Assembly (NCBI RefSeq): GCF_006345805.1
Contig: NC_043002.1
Coordinates: forward strand, 113,956,001 to 114,020,000
Reading direction: 5' to 3'
Origin: Octopus sinensis
Lineage: Eukaryota
Length of the DNA: 64,000 nucleotides
Below the pieces are notes generated by a model. The model was given only the letters and a program-made list of their open reading frames with translations, made no database searches and was not told where the DNA came from. Below, piece by piece: positions 1-13,592 of the stretch (positions are counted from its first letter, which is position 1; every line of letters begins with the position of its first letter). The position numbers and the translations under genes are program-made.

Positions 1-1018
1 GCAGGCTACCTAAAAACAAGCTGATCATATGTAGAATATTTTTTGATAATTAACAGATGAGCTGAAGGCAAAGTTTCGAACAGTGTACATTTTTCAGTCT
101 TATTCACAAAATTATAGAAATTATGTTTATAAACAAATAAAGTAACTTTAATTATCTCCTACATTCAGAGGTCGCTACATTAAAGTTAAAAAATAACGTG
201 TATGCATACAAGCATGTGTATATAGATGTGCTCATACATACAATGATAAATAGTTTGGAAAATGTTATTCCTTCACAAACTTCAAGAATCCATATATAAC
301 AAGTTCTTAACACTGAGACAAGATTTACCACTGAAAAGTATACTAATCTATTACAGGCAACTTTTTTTTAGGAGCTTTATTATTCATTCCTAATACTGAA
401 AAAAATTCAAAACCATCAAACAAATAAAAAAAAAAAGGCCTTAGAAACACAAGAAAACTAATCAGAAGTCCAATATTTTACCTAAACTGCTGTTTATCCT
501 CTGTAAAATAAAATAGCAGCAGTCGATATATACAAAATTGTTACAAGCCAAATTGAGAGGTTTCTTAGTGACTTGTTAGAAATAGCAGCAAAATCTCTCC
601 CAAATCACATCTACCATCTTAAACAAAGTAGGATACAATGGATAATGTAGTCCTGGATACACTATGTCTTAGAAGAGAAAAGTGGAATGATGAAAGCTGG
701 AACACCTTTGATTACAGGTGTGCTTGATGAGGGCAGACCTGGACCTATTATAACAACAAAGTTGATAATTTCATTACTGAACAACATTCAACAGCCAACT
801 GAATCCTCCAAGAGTTATGGCAATTGAATTCTCTAAGACCTACTTCAATAGAAATATACATAAACATATACAAAAAGAAAAATTCTGAGCAAGGTTGCTG
901 ACCATTTTCAATGAAACTTTAAGGAATCAGGTTCATCCCGTCTGTCTGTCTGTCTCTGCTGTGACTACCATCAAAGACTTCAATCAGACATGAAAAGACT
1001 ACATAGTAAAAGTAATCT

Positions 1019-1432
1019 ATAGGTGTAGGTGTGGTTGTGTGGCATGGGTGCAGGTGTGACTGTGTGGTAAGAAGCCTGCTTCCCAACCACAAGGTTCCAA
1101 GTTCAGTCCCACTGCATGGCATTTACAGCAGATGTTTTCCACTATAGCCTTGGGCTGACCAAAGCCTTGTGAGTGGATTTGGTGGATGGAAACTGAAAGA
1201 AGCCTGTCGTGTGTGTACGTTTGTCCCCACCACCACCACCACCACCACCACTTGACAACCAGTGTTGGTATGTTTATTTCCCACAACCTGACAATTCAGC
1301 AGAGGAGGGGGAGGGGTGATGGAATAAGTTCCTGTTTAAAAAGAAAGTACTTGGGTTGATTTGTTCAACTAGAAGTTCCTCAAGGTGATGCTCCAGCATG
1401 GCCACAATCTAATAACTGCAACAAGACAAAAA
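1019..1432 (+). mobile_element. Major tRNA-derived SINE (family S), with duplicated head
   Basis: Head GGCTGTGTGGTAAGAAGC...GGTTCAGTCCC with A/B-box-like motifs, internal microsatellite, tail CAGCATGGCCRCAGTC...GACTGAAACAAGTAAAAG (here degenerate). Confidence 0.85.
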
Positions 1433-2854
1433 ATAACATACTCTATAGTTGTATAATTAGGATGTTCAAGACATCTAGATGTGTTTCTAAATGTTTGTTT
1501 TACTTCAGGCTGTTTTACGGCCCAGCTGCAGTTGACAAGCTGATCAATTCAAGTAGTTGGGTAGATATGGTATTAGGCTCAAATATTTTGAGTTCAAATC
1601 TACTGCCAGCATATATTAGTGTATATGAGGCAGTTCACTGAATTCTGAATACTTTAACTCACTTGAATGACCGACTTGCCTCTTCATAGAACATTACTTC
1701 AAATAGACAATCATCCTATGCCAGAAGAAATTTAATTTTCATCTACTTAATACTAGGAAACCAAAGTTTAGTATCAATTCTTGAAAGCTTCCATGACACA
1801 TCCATAATAAAAATTATTCACAACAAAGAGTGTTTAAACATGGTTTATTGAGGATACTCAAAAACAACTCCATATTAAACAAAAATAAATTTATTGCAGG
1901 ACTTCAGTAAATGTTTTTAGATTTCAACATTTTACAATAAGAATGAAACACCTATTCTCTTCTTATGTCTATATTGTACAATGTGAAGTGAATACAAACA
2001 TCAAAAGTAATTAAGAATACGGTTGGGTGTCGATGAAGCCAAAACTACAAATTAATCATTTTCACAGGAAAAGTTCCTTGGTCTGTTTCAGAGAATTTTC
2101 TAACTTAACACTTTTTTTTAAATGCTACCATTTCTACAGGCAGACACTTGGTGAGTTATTGATTTTTGCAGCGAACTCAAGCATTACAAAGCCAATAAAT
2201 AAAGAAAGGGGGCTACACATAGACATACATGCACGTGTGTGTGTGTGTGGTGTGTGTGTGTGTGTGTGGTGTGTGTGTGTGTGCATGTGTGCACATGTGT
2301 ACGTCTATGAGATAGAGAGAGAGAGTTAGAGAGAAAACTACAGACCCAGCCAACTCATACCAGCATTTAAAAAAATGTCTATAAAACTTAATGGCTTGTT
2401 TCTCTGAAAGTATGTTTGTGCATATATATATATAAATGTATATCAACAAGCACATATGTGCATACATAGGCATCTATGTGTTATGAACATGAACCCATAC
2501 AAGTATGTTTGTACACATACACCCATATAAATGTTTGGACATACCTACCATATACTATGTATATGTATATACTGTACACACACACACAAACACACACATG
2601 CACATGTACATAGACAATTTTCTTTAATCTATGATCTAATGAGATTTGTTTTCATTCAAGTCTTCTCACTTGGAACTCACAAGCAGAGTTAAGTTTTCCA
2701 AATCAAAGTTAGTATTAGTAAAGTGAAGAACAGGGGAATAAACACAGCTAACATTTCATCTTGTATTGCAAAATCAATAGGAATACAAAAAAAAAACAGA
2801 GATAAAACAAAGATAATATATTGAAAACATTTAAAATGATAATGCTATTTAAAA

Positions 2855-3092
2855 CTCTCGTGCCGGTGGCACGTAAAAAGCACCATCCGTTCGTGGCCAT
2901 TGCCAGCCTCGCCTGGCCCCCGTGCTGGTGGCACATAAAAAGCACCCACTACACTCATGGAGTGGTTGGCGTTAGGAAGGCCAGCTAGCCGTAGAAACAT
3001 TGCCAGATCAAACTGGGCCTGGTGCAGCCTTCTGGCTTCCCAGACCCCAGTTGAACTGTCCAACCCATGCTAGCATGGAAAGCGGATGCTAA

Positions 3093-3129
<37 letters not shown>
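2855..3129 (+). mobile_element. RTE-LINE 3' UTR fragment with (GAT)n tail
   Basis: Matches the 3' UTR that follows the RTE ORF end at 62410-62950; ends CCCATGCTAGCATGGAAAGCGGATGCTAAAT(GAT)n. Confidence 0.85.
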
Positions 3130-3130
<1 letters not shown>

Positions 3131-3744
3131 TCTGTCAGAGAATGGGGTTCAAGTGATACACTGTACTTGGGCCCAAGAATTTCCTGAGATCTCAGGAAAT
3201 ATTGGAATATAAGATACAAATATAGAGGAATGGTTACTAAGGTTACTTCAGAACTATGAGATCTCTGATTTGGTCTCACTGCATGGCATCCTGGGCAAGT
3301 GTGTGTTTTTTTGGGGTTTTTTAACTTTATCTTTAGGCTAACCAATGCCTTGTGAATGAAAGTGACAGAAGCCCACCATATGTGTGTATGGTACTTATAT
3401 TTTAAAGGACCAGCCTTGTCACATTGTGTCAAGCTGAATCTCCCTGAGAACTGTGGAATGCTCAGCCTCTTGCACATTGATTTCACAAGCAGGCTATTCC
3501 ATTGATCGGATCAACTGGAACACTCATCATAACCGACAGAGTGCCAGTTTTTGTTTTTGTTTTAAGAGTTTGTTTACATGTCAGTCTTGATCTCAGTGTT
3601 GACACTGTTTTGTGCTCTATGTCCTGTAACTTAGCAGTTCAACAAAATCAATAAAATAATTATCAAACTTAAAAAAAAGGGAAAGAAGTACTGGGGTCAG
3701 TATCACTTGGATCAGCCAGGCTGTCTAGTTCTGAGTTGGCTCCG

Positions 3745-3975
3745 CTGGCCACAGTATTTGGTCCATTCCCTTCATGCTCTCACCATTCTCCTCCATGCTG
3801 TTCCAAATATTTGTCTTAAAATCATCTTTGCACCTGACTGGAGGTCTTCTGAGTGGTCTCTTCCGCTCGCAAGGGGACCACTCAACAACTGCACAGGTCC
3901 ACCAACTGTCTGTGAACCTTGTGACATGACCAGCTCATTGTCGCTTTGCATGGTGGTATTCTGCAATGACAAGGG
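3745..3975 (-). mobile_element. Degenerate RTE-like ORF2 C-terminal fragment
   Basis: Minus frame reads AKRQ*AGHVTRFTDSWWTCAVVEWSPCERKRPLRRPP, resembling the RWAGHV..R...WT..V.EW.P...KR..GRP end of RTE ORF2. Confidence 0.6.
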
Positions 3976-4364
3976 GTCGATATAATTGACTAAAAACAAA
4001 GCCCTTCAAGGCAATGTCCCAGCATTTCTAAAGTTGAAAGACTGAAAAAAGTAAATGACTATATGCTATAAACTAGCATTCGCAAAAGAGGAGACCTAAA
4101 AGAAACTTTGTATACCCCTAATAAAATTCTTTTCAGAGGTCCTATAGTCAGCAATCATTACACAAGATGCAAAATAGAGTGGTAAATGTAAGATGGTGAT
4201 TCTAATAATCAAATACATCAAAGGATTCTGATTTTGGAAGAGGATGTTGATGTACTATGGATCTGCCCAAATTATGCTAGCAAGGGAAAACAGGCATAAA
4301 ACCAATGTGGAAAACGATGATAAAACAAGATGGTAGTGGTGGTAATAATAATTCTTATTAATTT

Positions 4365-4555
4365 TGGCTCAAGGCCAGCAATTTTGAGGGGTCATGATAA
4401 GTCGATTACACCAATCCCAGTACTTGACTGGTACTTACTTTACCAACCCTGAAAGGATGAAAGGTAAAGTTGACCTCAGCGGGATTTGAACTCAGGACAT
4501 AAAGAGCTGGAAGAAATGCCTGTAAGCATTTTTCTGATGTGCATCACCCTAGTGA
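4365..4555 (-). mobile_element. Second tRNA-SINE family (M), degenerate
   Basis: Reverse complement of the GAGTTCAAAT B-box plus CCTTTCATCCTTTCGGGGTCGATAAA core seen intact at 46796-47020. Confidence 0.7.
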
Positions 4556-4796
4556 TGGTGGTAATGATAATAATAATAGTGGTGGTTGTGATGATGATTA
4601 TGCTGGTAGTGGTGATAACGGTGGTGGAGTGAACATAATCACTATAAAATGAGGAACTGGAAAAACAAAAACACAAAAATACTCAAATTTTTAATCCTCC
4701 AGTTTTATCCTTATCCTCTGTCAAAACTATTTATTATCAAGAAGATAAAGCAGGAACCTCATTGTGATTGTTTAATCTACTAGAAATAACTATCTT

Positions 4797-5163
4797 TGGT
4801 ATGGCTGTGTGGTAAGAAGCTTGCTTCAAAACCACATGGTTCTGGGTCCAGTCCCACTGTGTGGCACCCTGGGCAAGTGTCTTCTACAGTGAACTGAAGC
4901 TGACCAAAGCATTGTGAGTGGATTTGGTAAATGGAAACTGAAAGAAGCCCATTGTGTGTGTGTGTGTGTTTTCCCCCATCACTGACTGACAACCAGTGTT
5001 GGTGTGTTTATGTCCTCATAACTTAGTGGTTCAGAAAAAGAGACCAACGGAATAAGTACTAGGCATAAAAAAAATAAGCCCTGGTGTTGATTTCTTCGAC
5101 TAAAACCTTTTGAGGCAGTGCTCCAGCATGGCTGCAGTCAAAGGACTGAAACAAGTAAAAGAA
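4797..5163 (+). mobile_element. Family S SINE
   Basis: Head, (TG)n and tail all present. Confidence 0.85.
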
Positions 5164-6660
5164 TGAAAATTTTTAAAAAAGAACATACTGGATCTTGTAG
5201 TCATTGGTACACTAAGCTGACATGAACTAAATGACAACAATGCATGTTCATACTTCACCTCATATACAAATAAATATCAACTACATATCAGATATGAGAT
5301 ATCATTAATTTTGAAAACTAACTTCAAACTCAATACTTCTGCCGTTGTTTTAAAGTTTGTCTTTGACATAAAGTAACAAGGAAAATGAAATAAATGAATT
5401 TTCAACCAACACATTTGAGTAATTTGATTATGACAATTAGTAATTCATTTACAAGTGTTGGTGAGATAAAATTTTGAATGTAAAGGTATTCTATGCAATA
5501 TATGTTAATATGTCATCAAAGACAGGTATGGTGATTGGATCAAAGAGCACTATTTCCATGCCAGGCAGTTTAATGATGAAAAAGTTAAATAATTATAAAC
5601 GATGAAGGTTGTTATGTTTAAATATTTTTAATCTAGAGTGTTGAAACAGTTCATTAGTATCTTCTTTATTTGCTACAACTAATTAAATGCCTTTTATCAA
5701 CTTAAATGAAGCACTAACTATATATTTTACACACACACAGAAACACACACTGTAGAATTATCTCTTCCACACAATCGTGTTATCTTTTTTCAATAATTTT
5801 TCAGTTCTATTAACACTAATGGTTGCAAATTTATCAGTCAATCAATCAATCTATGAATCTGTTTGATTTCGCCAATACATTCAACACTGCAAACACATTT
5901 CAGCTCAGTGACCATAATTTTTTCTTGTTTCTTTTTTGGTTGTCTTTTTTTTAATATTTTTATCTCATGTGACAAATGAGGAGAGAGAAAATTACTTGGT
6001 CAAATACAGTCATTCTGAGAATAGAATATCAAATTTCATGCTCCAACCATTCTACTTAAAATCAATAACCAATGTTGATATTCAGGACTGGTCCCTGGTG
6101 TTAATATTCATAGCTTGCCATTAGTACCAATGAAATAAACCAGCCAGTATTGACCAGTCTACTGTAAGTCTGGCAGCTATATTGAATGATAGGGAGTAAT
6201 ACACTTGATAGAAAACTATAGTGCAGCAAAATAATCTAATTCTTTCATTCTTTTACTGGTTTCAGTCAATGCATTTTGGCCACGTTCGTGCAATATGTTA
6301 AATCATTGTATCAGCCTTAGTATTTTGTCATGAACCTATTTTTATCAATCTCATTGAAAACAAAAGACAAGTTATACTTGGTATAGAGGGAAATAAAACA
6401 GTTAGATTTTTAAAAATATAGAATGTAAGAAGAAAAATTACCACAGTTTTGAAAATTCAATACTTTCAGAACTTGAGAGACATAATCCATAGCCTCTGTA
6501 AAAATTTTGGTTGCAAATCCAGTAAAACCAATGACGAAAACATTACAGGAGTTAGCCTGGAGATCTTCCTTCCTCTAAGCTATTTGCACAGAAAGAATTG
6601 GATTTAACACACACATACATACATATGTGTGTATACATAGACATATATATATATATATAT

Positions 6661-6810
6661 ATAGGCGCAGGAGTGGCTGTGTGGTAAGTAGCTTGGTTCC
6701 GGGTTCAGTCCCACTGTGTGGCACCTTGGGCAAGTGTCTTCTGCTATAGCCCCAGGCTGACCAAAGCCTTGTGAGTGGATTTGGTAGACGGAAACTGAAA
6801 GAAGCCCGTC

Positions 6811-6858
<48 letters not shown>

Positions 6859-7090
6859 GTGTGTGTGTGAGTGTGTGTGTGTGTGTTTGTGTGTCCGTGT
6901 TTGTCCCCCTAGCATTGCTTGACAACCGATGCTGGAGTGTATACGACCCCGTCACTTAGCGGTTCGGCAAAAGAGACTGATAGAATAAGTACTAGGCTTA
7001 CAAAGAATAGGTCCCGGGGTCGATTTGCTCGACTAAAGGCGGTGCTCCAGCATGGCCGCAGTCAAAATGACTGAAACAAGTAAAAGAGAG
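6661..7090 (+). mobile_element. Family S SINE, young copy
   Basis: Near-consensus head ATAGGCGCAGGAGTGGCTGTGTGG, (TA)n(TG)n core, tail GACTGAAACAAGTAAAAGAG. Confidence 0.9.
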
Positions 7091-8109
7091 TAAAAGAGAC
7101 ACAAGAGAGAAATGAACCCCGACTGAAAGACACAAAAATACACCAAAATGATTTATACTTATTCTTGACCAAAACCAAATTCAATACACATTAACAATAC
7201 CGACTACATAAGATGATACATACCAACAGTAGGACACTCTCAAACGTTCCAATGGAAAACAAGAACAGATTTAACTAATTAGTAGACAAAAATCCTTAAC
7301 GCACAATTTCAATAAGCAAAACCACATTCTCTGCTCATTTAAATGCTTTAATCTTGACCGAAACAAAATTCAAAACAAAGTTTAGCAAAGGTCAACTGTG
7401 AAACACAGTCTACAATCTGAAATACTCTCAACCTCTTTCATACATTTTTGATTCATTCAAAAACAAACAAAACAAAACAAAAACAACATTGTCAATAACA
7501 ATAAAAATCAATAAAACAACAAAATGAAAGCAATAACTGCAGTATAGCCCTCGCCAACAAAATATATTAACAAACAAGTTTTTTAAAACCTTCTGACCTT
7601 GACTGAAATAAAACTGACATGAACAAAACCACTTCTATGAAACTATTAAATGTTCTTATCTACAAAAACTTGACCAAAGGGAAAAAAAACAAAAAACAAG
7701 CAGCTTATTTTGATTAATAGATCAACTCAATGAATAAACAACAAAATAACAACAAAAAGAAATCACAAATAATTAAAAACAACACCCGTCATCAACAAAT
7801 TTAATGGCAGTAAACACTAAGCCACAGAAAATAACGAAGGAAGGGGAATAAAAATAACAGCCAATTAACAGGTGTGAAAAAAAATAATAATGAACAGACA
7901 TAAATAAGAACTCACACACCATTTAAGGATATCGATGTTGAAAATATTCCATGCTTATTGGAAATGTTTATAGATTTCAGAAGACTTGGGAGTCTTTTGC
8001 AATTAAGGAGAGCCATAACAATGGAATGAAACGAGTTTTGAGATACAATCAGTCTGAATAAACTTCAGGTGTGTTTATGTAAGTGTGTATAGGATATTAG
8101 ATATATATT

Positions 8110-8332
8110 TCTTTACTACCCACAAGGGGCTAAACACAGAGGGGACAAACAAGGACAGACAAAGAGATTAAGTCGATTACATCGACCCCAGTGTGTAACT
8201 GGTACTTAATTTATCAACCCCGAAAGGATGAAAAGCAAAGTCGACCTCAGCGGAATTTGAACTCGGAACATAACAGCAGACGAAATACAGCTACACAGGT
8301 CGCCCGGCGTGCTAACGTTTCTGCCAGCTCGC
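8110..8332 (-). mobile_element. Family M SINE
   Basis: Nearly identical to 39143-39370 and to the reverse complement of 46796-47020. Confidence 0.85.
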
Positions 8333-9168
8333 ATGTTAAATATAACAAATTCTAGCCAATTGAAATTAGGTTTATGATCACAAAATACTCAATAAATAAT
8401 TAGCTATTATTGAGGATATATAGAGCTACATTATAGCTTGCTTGATAAATATGGAATAAGTTCAACTTGGAAAAGTATACATGAAAAACCATGTGCATAC
8501 ATACACATAGAATATCTTGTAAGAATCTCAGTGTAACAATAACCTAATGTTTAACTGTTAGAAATGCAACACTTGAATAATTCAACTGTACAAACAAAAA
8601 ATAAATTTAAAAAGACTAATTTAATAACCAATAGGCATGTCAGTTAGCTCAATTCAATCTATCTTTAAGATTATTAAAAATAAATTGCACCAGGCCCACT
8701 GAGTTTTTTATACAAATAAAATAAACAACTTCATGAAAAAGTCCTAAATGCCACAGAAGACAAAAGTTTCAAATTATATTAAATCTTCAAGTTATATTAA
8801 TATTTTGGCAGCAGCGAATATGAAAGAATCTAATTTTAAGTTGAGATTGAGTCGAAGGATTGTTTTAAAAATAAGACAATACTTTAGTTATTCTTTGAGT
8901 TGTTGCAGAAATCAAAGAACTTTCTTGTTTAAAAGTACCTGCATGGTGTGATTTGTTATTTATAATGGTAAATGTTAAGAGAGCTTCTGACTGCATTTGC
9001 TATTTATGGATATGAGTGTTGCAAATATTTTATGTTGAAAGGAAGTGTTTATGGTGACCTTTGTAGCTGAGAAGAGTTGATATCATTTTCCACTGGAGAA
9101 TTATCAATTCAACTAGGTGAAGATAATGACATTTAAGTTCCAATATCAGCAATAACGGTTAAACTTAC

Positions 9169-9201
9169 CATGCAGTCATAAGAGAGCTTCATTTCAGGAT
9201 C
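9169..9201 (-). CDS. Probable host gene exon (DPEMKLSYDCM, phase 0 to 0)
   Basis: ATG|GTAAGT consensus donor; weaker AAG acceptor; 33 nt open. Confidence 0.4.
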
Positions 9202-10146
9202 CTTAGTGGATCAAGATTGATGTTTTTGGCTCTCTGGGTCTTGTTGCTTGCTTAGTGAGAACAAAAATGTCTCTGGGAACAATTCTAGTGCCATGTGTCT
9301 GTTTGGTGTGGGCACTGATTCTCATCTTCAACCCTGTTACAGATTGATGAACCTGTTATGTACTGCAATAGTAAATTCCTTGCCTAAGTAAACATCATTT
9401 GCTACTTTTCCCCAGTTGATTTGTTTCAAAGACTGATGTGTTTTGATCACACAGTAACTTATCAACCACTGTTGATGGAGAATATACTGACCAATATTCA
9501 GATGCCTGGTTTCTGCACTTTAGATTGTTATTTGGTAATACAGAGCCACATAACACTGAACTTGACAACAGTCCTTTCTTCAACCACAAAGTAGTAGATA
9601 GCCTGCCAATCCATACAGTTTAAAAATGCCAAAAAGTTAAGAAACAGTAAGGCATCAGGTTCAGGCAATACCCCACTTTAAAAGTGCCATTCTGCATTTC
9701 CTGTTGCAAGTCATTCTCCGATTTTTATTTTCTAAAACACTATTACAAAGCAGTGAAATTATTTTCCTAACCTATACACTTTTTATTATTTTTCTTACTT
9801 TGGTCTAGAGGAAGGGGCTATTGCTATGGCTCTGAACAGGATTTAAACTGTTGCAGATCAACAACTGCAAGAATGATGTGCAAGAAGGAAATTCCAGAAG
9901 ACTAACATTATATGAAGAAATGACTATTAATTAGTGAGGGGTTGTCTAGGGAGTTTGACAATAGAAATTATGTAAAGAAGAGGAGAAAAAGTGAGTCAAG
10001 AGTGATAGCTCAAAATGAAAATATTTCTTTAAACAAGTTGATGTTTCAAAACACCACTTTTGACCCAAATTTCAATATACAAATACAAATGGAAACATAC
10101 ACTAATGTTCTGAAGATCTATAAACAATGTTATATCTTCTTTCACC

Positions 10147-10495
10147 TTTTACTTGTTTCAGTCATTAGACTGTGGCCATGTTTTTTAGTCAAATGAATTG
10201 ACCCCCGGTACATATTTTTTTTAAATCCTGGAACTCATTTTATCACTCTCTTTTGCTGAACCACTAAGTTTACAGGGACATAAACACACCAACACCAGTT
10301 GTCAAGCAGTGGTGAGGGACGAACACAGACACACACACACACAACAGGCTTCTTTCAGTTTCCACCTACCAAATCCACTCACAAGACTTTGGTTGATCGG
10401 AGGCTTAGTAGAAGACACTTTTCCAAGGTGTCATGCAGAGGGACCGAACTTGAGACCACGTGGTTGGGAAGCAAGCTTCTTACCACACAACCATA
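10147..10495 (-). mobile_element. Family S SINE
   Basis: Reverse-complement head, (CA)n and tail. Confidence 0.85.
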
Positions 10496-10579
10496 ACTCA
10501 CCAAACTGCAAGTCAGCATATACTACAGTCTCTATTGTGGCTGTTTCATCTGAGCTCAATGAAATTATTGATTACTTAC

Positions 10580-10628
10580 CAGTGTTTGCAGTATCTCAAA
10601 CCTTGTTTGACCAGACAGAATGTATCGA
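10580..10628 (-). CDS. Host gene exon (RYILSGQTRFEILQTL, phase 2 to 0)
   Basis: cctcattgatccag acceptor, CTG|GTAAGT consensus donor; 49 nt, phase compatible. Confidence 0.6.
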
Positions 10629-11349
10629 CTGGATCAATGAGGTTTTGTCTTATTATCATTATATCATTTCATTATCATGACAATCTATATTTAGGTGTTT
10701 CAATCCATAATATGTGAGGACAAAAATAATCATTTTTTTTGTTCACTTTTACACCTATTCTTTTTAATTATGAAAAAAATATTAAGATTTATGCAACATG
10801 ACAGTGATTCTTTACACTAGTATAGTATCACAAATTTGTAGGGGAGCATATAGTTGATATAGTTGCTTGAATCAATTTCAGTATATAATGTGTATTTATT
10901 TTATTGGTTCTGTAAGGATAAAAGGCAAAGTCAAATGTCAAGGGTAGAAGTTTGAAACTTAATTACTGTAAAGTGAGTCATTTAGTATGATACCAATGGT
11001 GGTTATAATAATCTAACCAAGACAGAATAGACAGTTCTCAAGCTATATATTACATTTTTATAGTTTCTGAGATTAAGTTTCATTTTTATAGTTTCTAAAT
11101 TATATTACTCTGAATATTTCAACTGAAAAGATTCTACATCTTTATTGACAATGATCAGTGGCATGAAGGACTTCTAGCTATAAAATAATTTGCATCAACA
11201 GCATGCAAATGATTAACCCTTTTATCACCATATTTCTGTTGATATTTAATCCTTGTTTTATTCAATTTCAAAACATGGAGAACTTAGCAAAATAACCTTA
11301 TCACTGTTAAGTTGGTAATTGGAGCATTAATGAAAATGAAATTTTGTGG

Positions 11350-11560
11350 GAAGCTGTGCCAGTGACATGCAAAAGGCACCTGTGTTAGTGACACATAAAA
11401 GGCACCCATGCAGGTGACATGCAAAAGGAACCCATATGAGTGACACATAAAGGACACCCTGTACACTCTGGTGCAGCACTCTGGTTAACCAGTTCCAGTC
11501 AAACCGTCTTACCCATGCCAGCGTGGAAAATGGACACTATATGATACTGATCATCATCAT
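11350..11560 (+). mobile_element. Degenerate RTE 3' UTR with about 4 copies of the 26-bp unit
   Basis: GTGCCAGTGACATGCAAAAGGCACCT-like units followed by AAACCGTCTTACCCATGCCAGCGTGGAAAATGGAC. Confidence 0.65.
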
Positions 11561-11659
11561 TTTAAATGGAAGGTTTATATCATAGAACTAGGGGCTGTTT
11601 CAGACAGGTTGGTATCAATGGGATTAGATTTACAAGTCCATGTCCTACATTTGCTAACA

Positions 11660-11935
11660 CAGGAAAATGAATATTTAAATAAATAATTATGAAATTATTG
11701 TATACAGTGCTCAGGTGCAGCACAACTTGTCAAAAATGCATATAAAGTATATGCAGTAATGTACAAATGTCTGGAAAGTGAACAGTGTATGAGTCAGATA
11801 CATGCTTGTGTGTGTATGGAGGGGAGACAATCAGGTGTAGTGTTGGCGAATCTCAGGAAGCATGGAAGTTTTGAAGGATGCAGTGCTCCGACAACTAACA
11901 ACTGATGCTGGCAGTTTGTTCCATACTTCAAACAT
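11660..11935 (-). mobile_element. CR1/L2-like LINE 3' end
   Basis: Minus frame reads approximately WNKLPASVVSCRSTASFKTSMLPEIRQHYT*, a typical CR1 ORF2 terminus (WN.LP..VV...S...FK). Confidence 0.6.
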
Positions 11936-12157
11936 TTAGTAACACAATATTTGGGGACGATTATGAAGTGCATGAAGAGTGGTTAAATTATAGGTATCCT
12001 TAATTCCAATATACTGTAGAATATTTCGAAATTGTTTTGACATAGCAAAAGAGAACACAAGCTTTGTATATAGTCATATGTGCAGCACTGATGTTGGATT
12101 TAGCAGAAGAAAGATTTTCTAACTAAAGGAGCAATATCACAAAAGATATGCCACAAC

Positions 12158-12570
12158 ATAGGCGCAGGAGTGGCTATGTGGTAAGTAGCTTGCTAACCAA
12201 CCACATGGTTCCGGGTTCAGTCCCACTGCGTGGCATCTTGGGCAAGTGTCTTCTGCTATAGCCCTGGGCCGACCAATGCCTTGTGAGTGGATTTGGTAGA
12301 CGAAAACTGAAAGAAGCCTGTCGTATATATGTATATGTATATATATATATGTGTGTGTGTGTTTGTGTGTCTGTGTTTGTCCCCCTAGGATTGCTTGACA
12401 ATCGATGCTGGTGTGTTTACGTCCCCGTCACTTAGCGGTTCGGCAAAAGAGACCGATAGAATAAGTACTGGGCTTACAAAGAATAAGTCCGGGGATCGAT
12501 TTGCTCAACTAAAGGCGGTGCTCCAGCATGGCCGCAGTCAAATGACTGAAACAAGTAAAAGAGTAAAGAG
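12158..12570 (+). mobile_element. Family S SINE, young copy
   Basis: Full head, (TA)n(TG)n core and tail. Confidence 0.9.
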
Positions 12571-13501
12571 TAACATATTGTTTAAAATTAACATTCAGAT
12601 ACTGTTAAGCGTAATCCTCATTTATTTACAATGTTTTGAAATAATAATGCATTATCTCATAGCTTTGAGATTTCAATGATGCAACTGTCTATTTTTTGAA
12701 TGACACTGTAAGGTTTGAATGACATTGTAAAAAACCGGATTTGGTCAGTTTGAACATAAAACTGGTAGAATATTTGGGCTGGATATGGCTGGCTTACATG
12801 CTAAAGAGTTTATCATGCAATGAAAATTTCTACTATATTAAAAGAAGTGACCATTTGTTAATAATTTACTAATTGCTTCTTTTTCACATTTCCTGTATAC
12901 AGAGTAAAATACTCAACAAGTTACAGCTTGCTATAGCAAGCAACATTTATCAGCTGAAATACAAAACAACAAACTGACCTTTGTTTCATGCAAAATTAGC
13001 CAGTTTTAAGTTTTATTCATGTACTTATACCAAGATTCAGGCTATCAATATTATAGTTTATGTATTACATGTGTTGTAAGTTAATGTAGTTTGCTGTTTC
13101 TAAACTACTTATCTCGCATGTACGTGTACGTGTGTGTGTGTACGTAGGATTTTTCTGTTAACACTAACATCTTGATGAATATTTCCCCAATCATTTTCAA
13201 GTGCCTGATTTTTTTATATATCCATAACCCAAGTTTGAACTCAGAACCAAACATGTGAATTACAGATATGATTATTAAAGTAATTGAAGCATGAAAACCA
13301 GTGATGGGCACAAGACTGCAGCCCACAAGACTCTCTGAATGGCATGCCAAATGAAAAATAACCTTGAATTCTTTTAGTAGTGTGGATCACATGATACTGA
13401 GCTATGCTCCATGCTCTCTGCTTCCCCCAAAAGTTTGCTTGTGTCCAATCTAATCATGGAGAGGTTTTCTTAATCTTTTGTCTATATTTATTCTACCTTA
13501 C

Positions 13502-13532
13502 GTCTTAATCATTGCTCCTATTTCTTTAATTA
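13502..13532 (-). CDS. Host gene exon (IKEIGAMIK-T, phase 1 to 2)
   Basis: catcgtcattgtcag acceptor, GTAAGG donor; 31 nt, phase compatible on both sides. Confidence 0.55.
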
Positions 13533-13592
13533 CTGACAATGACGATGAGGAGGACCATGACATCTTTGTTCAAATTAACTGTCAGCTCCATA

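Noticed and set aside
2140-2150. Plus-strand 11-nt microexon (tttctacag|GCAGACACTTG|gtgagt)
   Set aside because: Isolated splice-like signals are expected by chance in 64 kb of AT-rich DNA.
9205-9600. Possible ancient LINE endonuclease/linker remnant (…EFTIAVHNRFINL) on the minus strand
   Set aside because: The similarity is too faint and spread over frames to support without a profile search.
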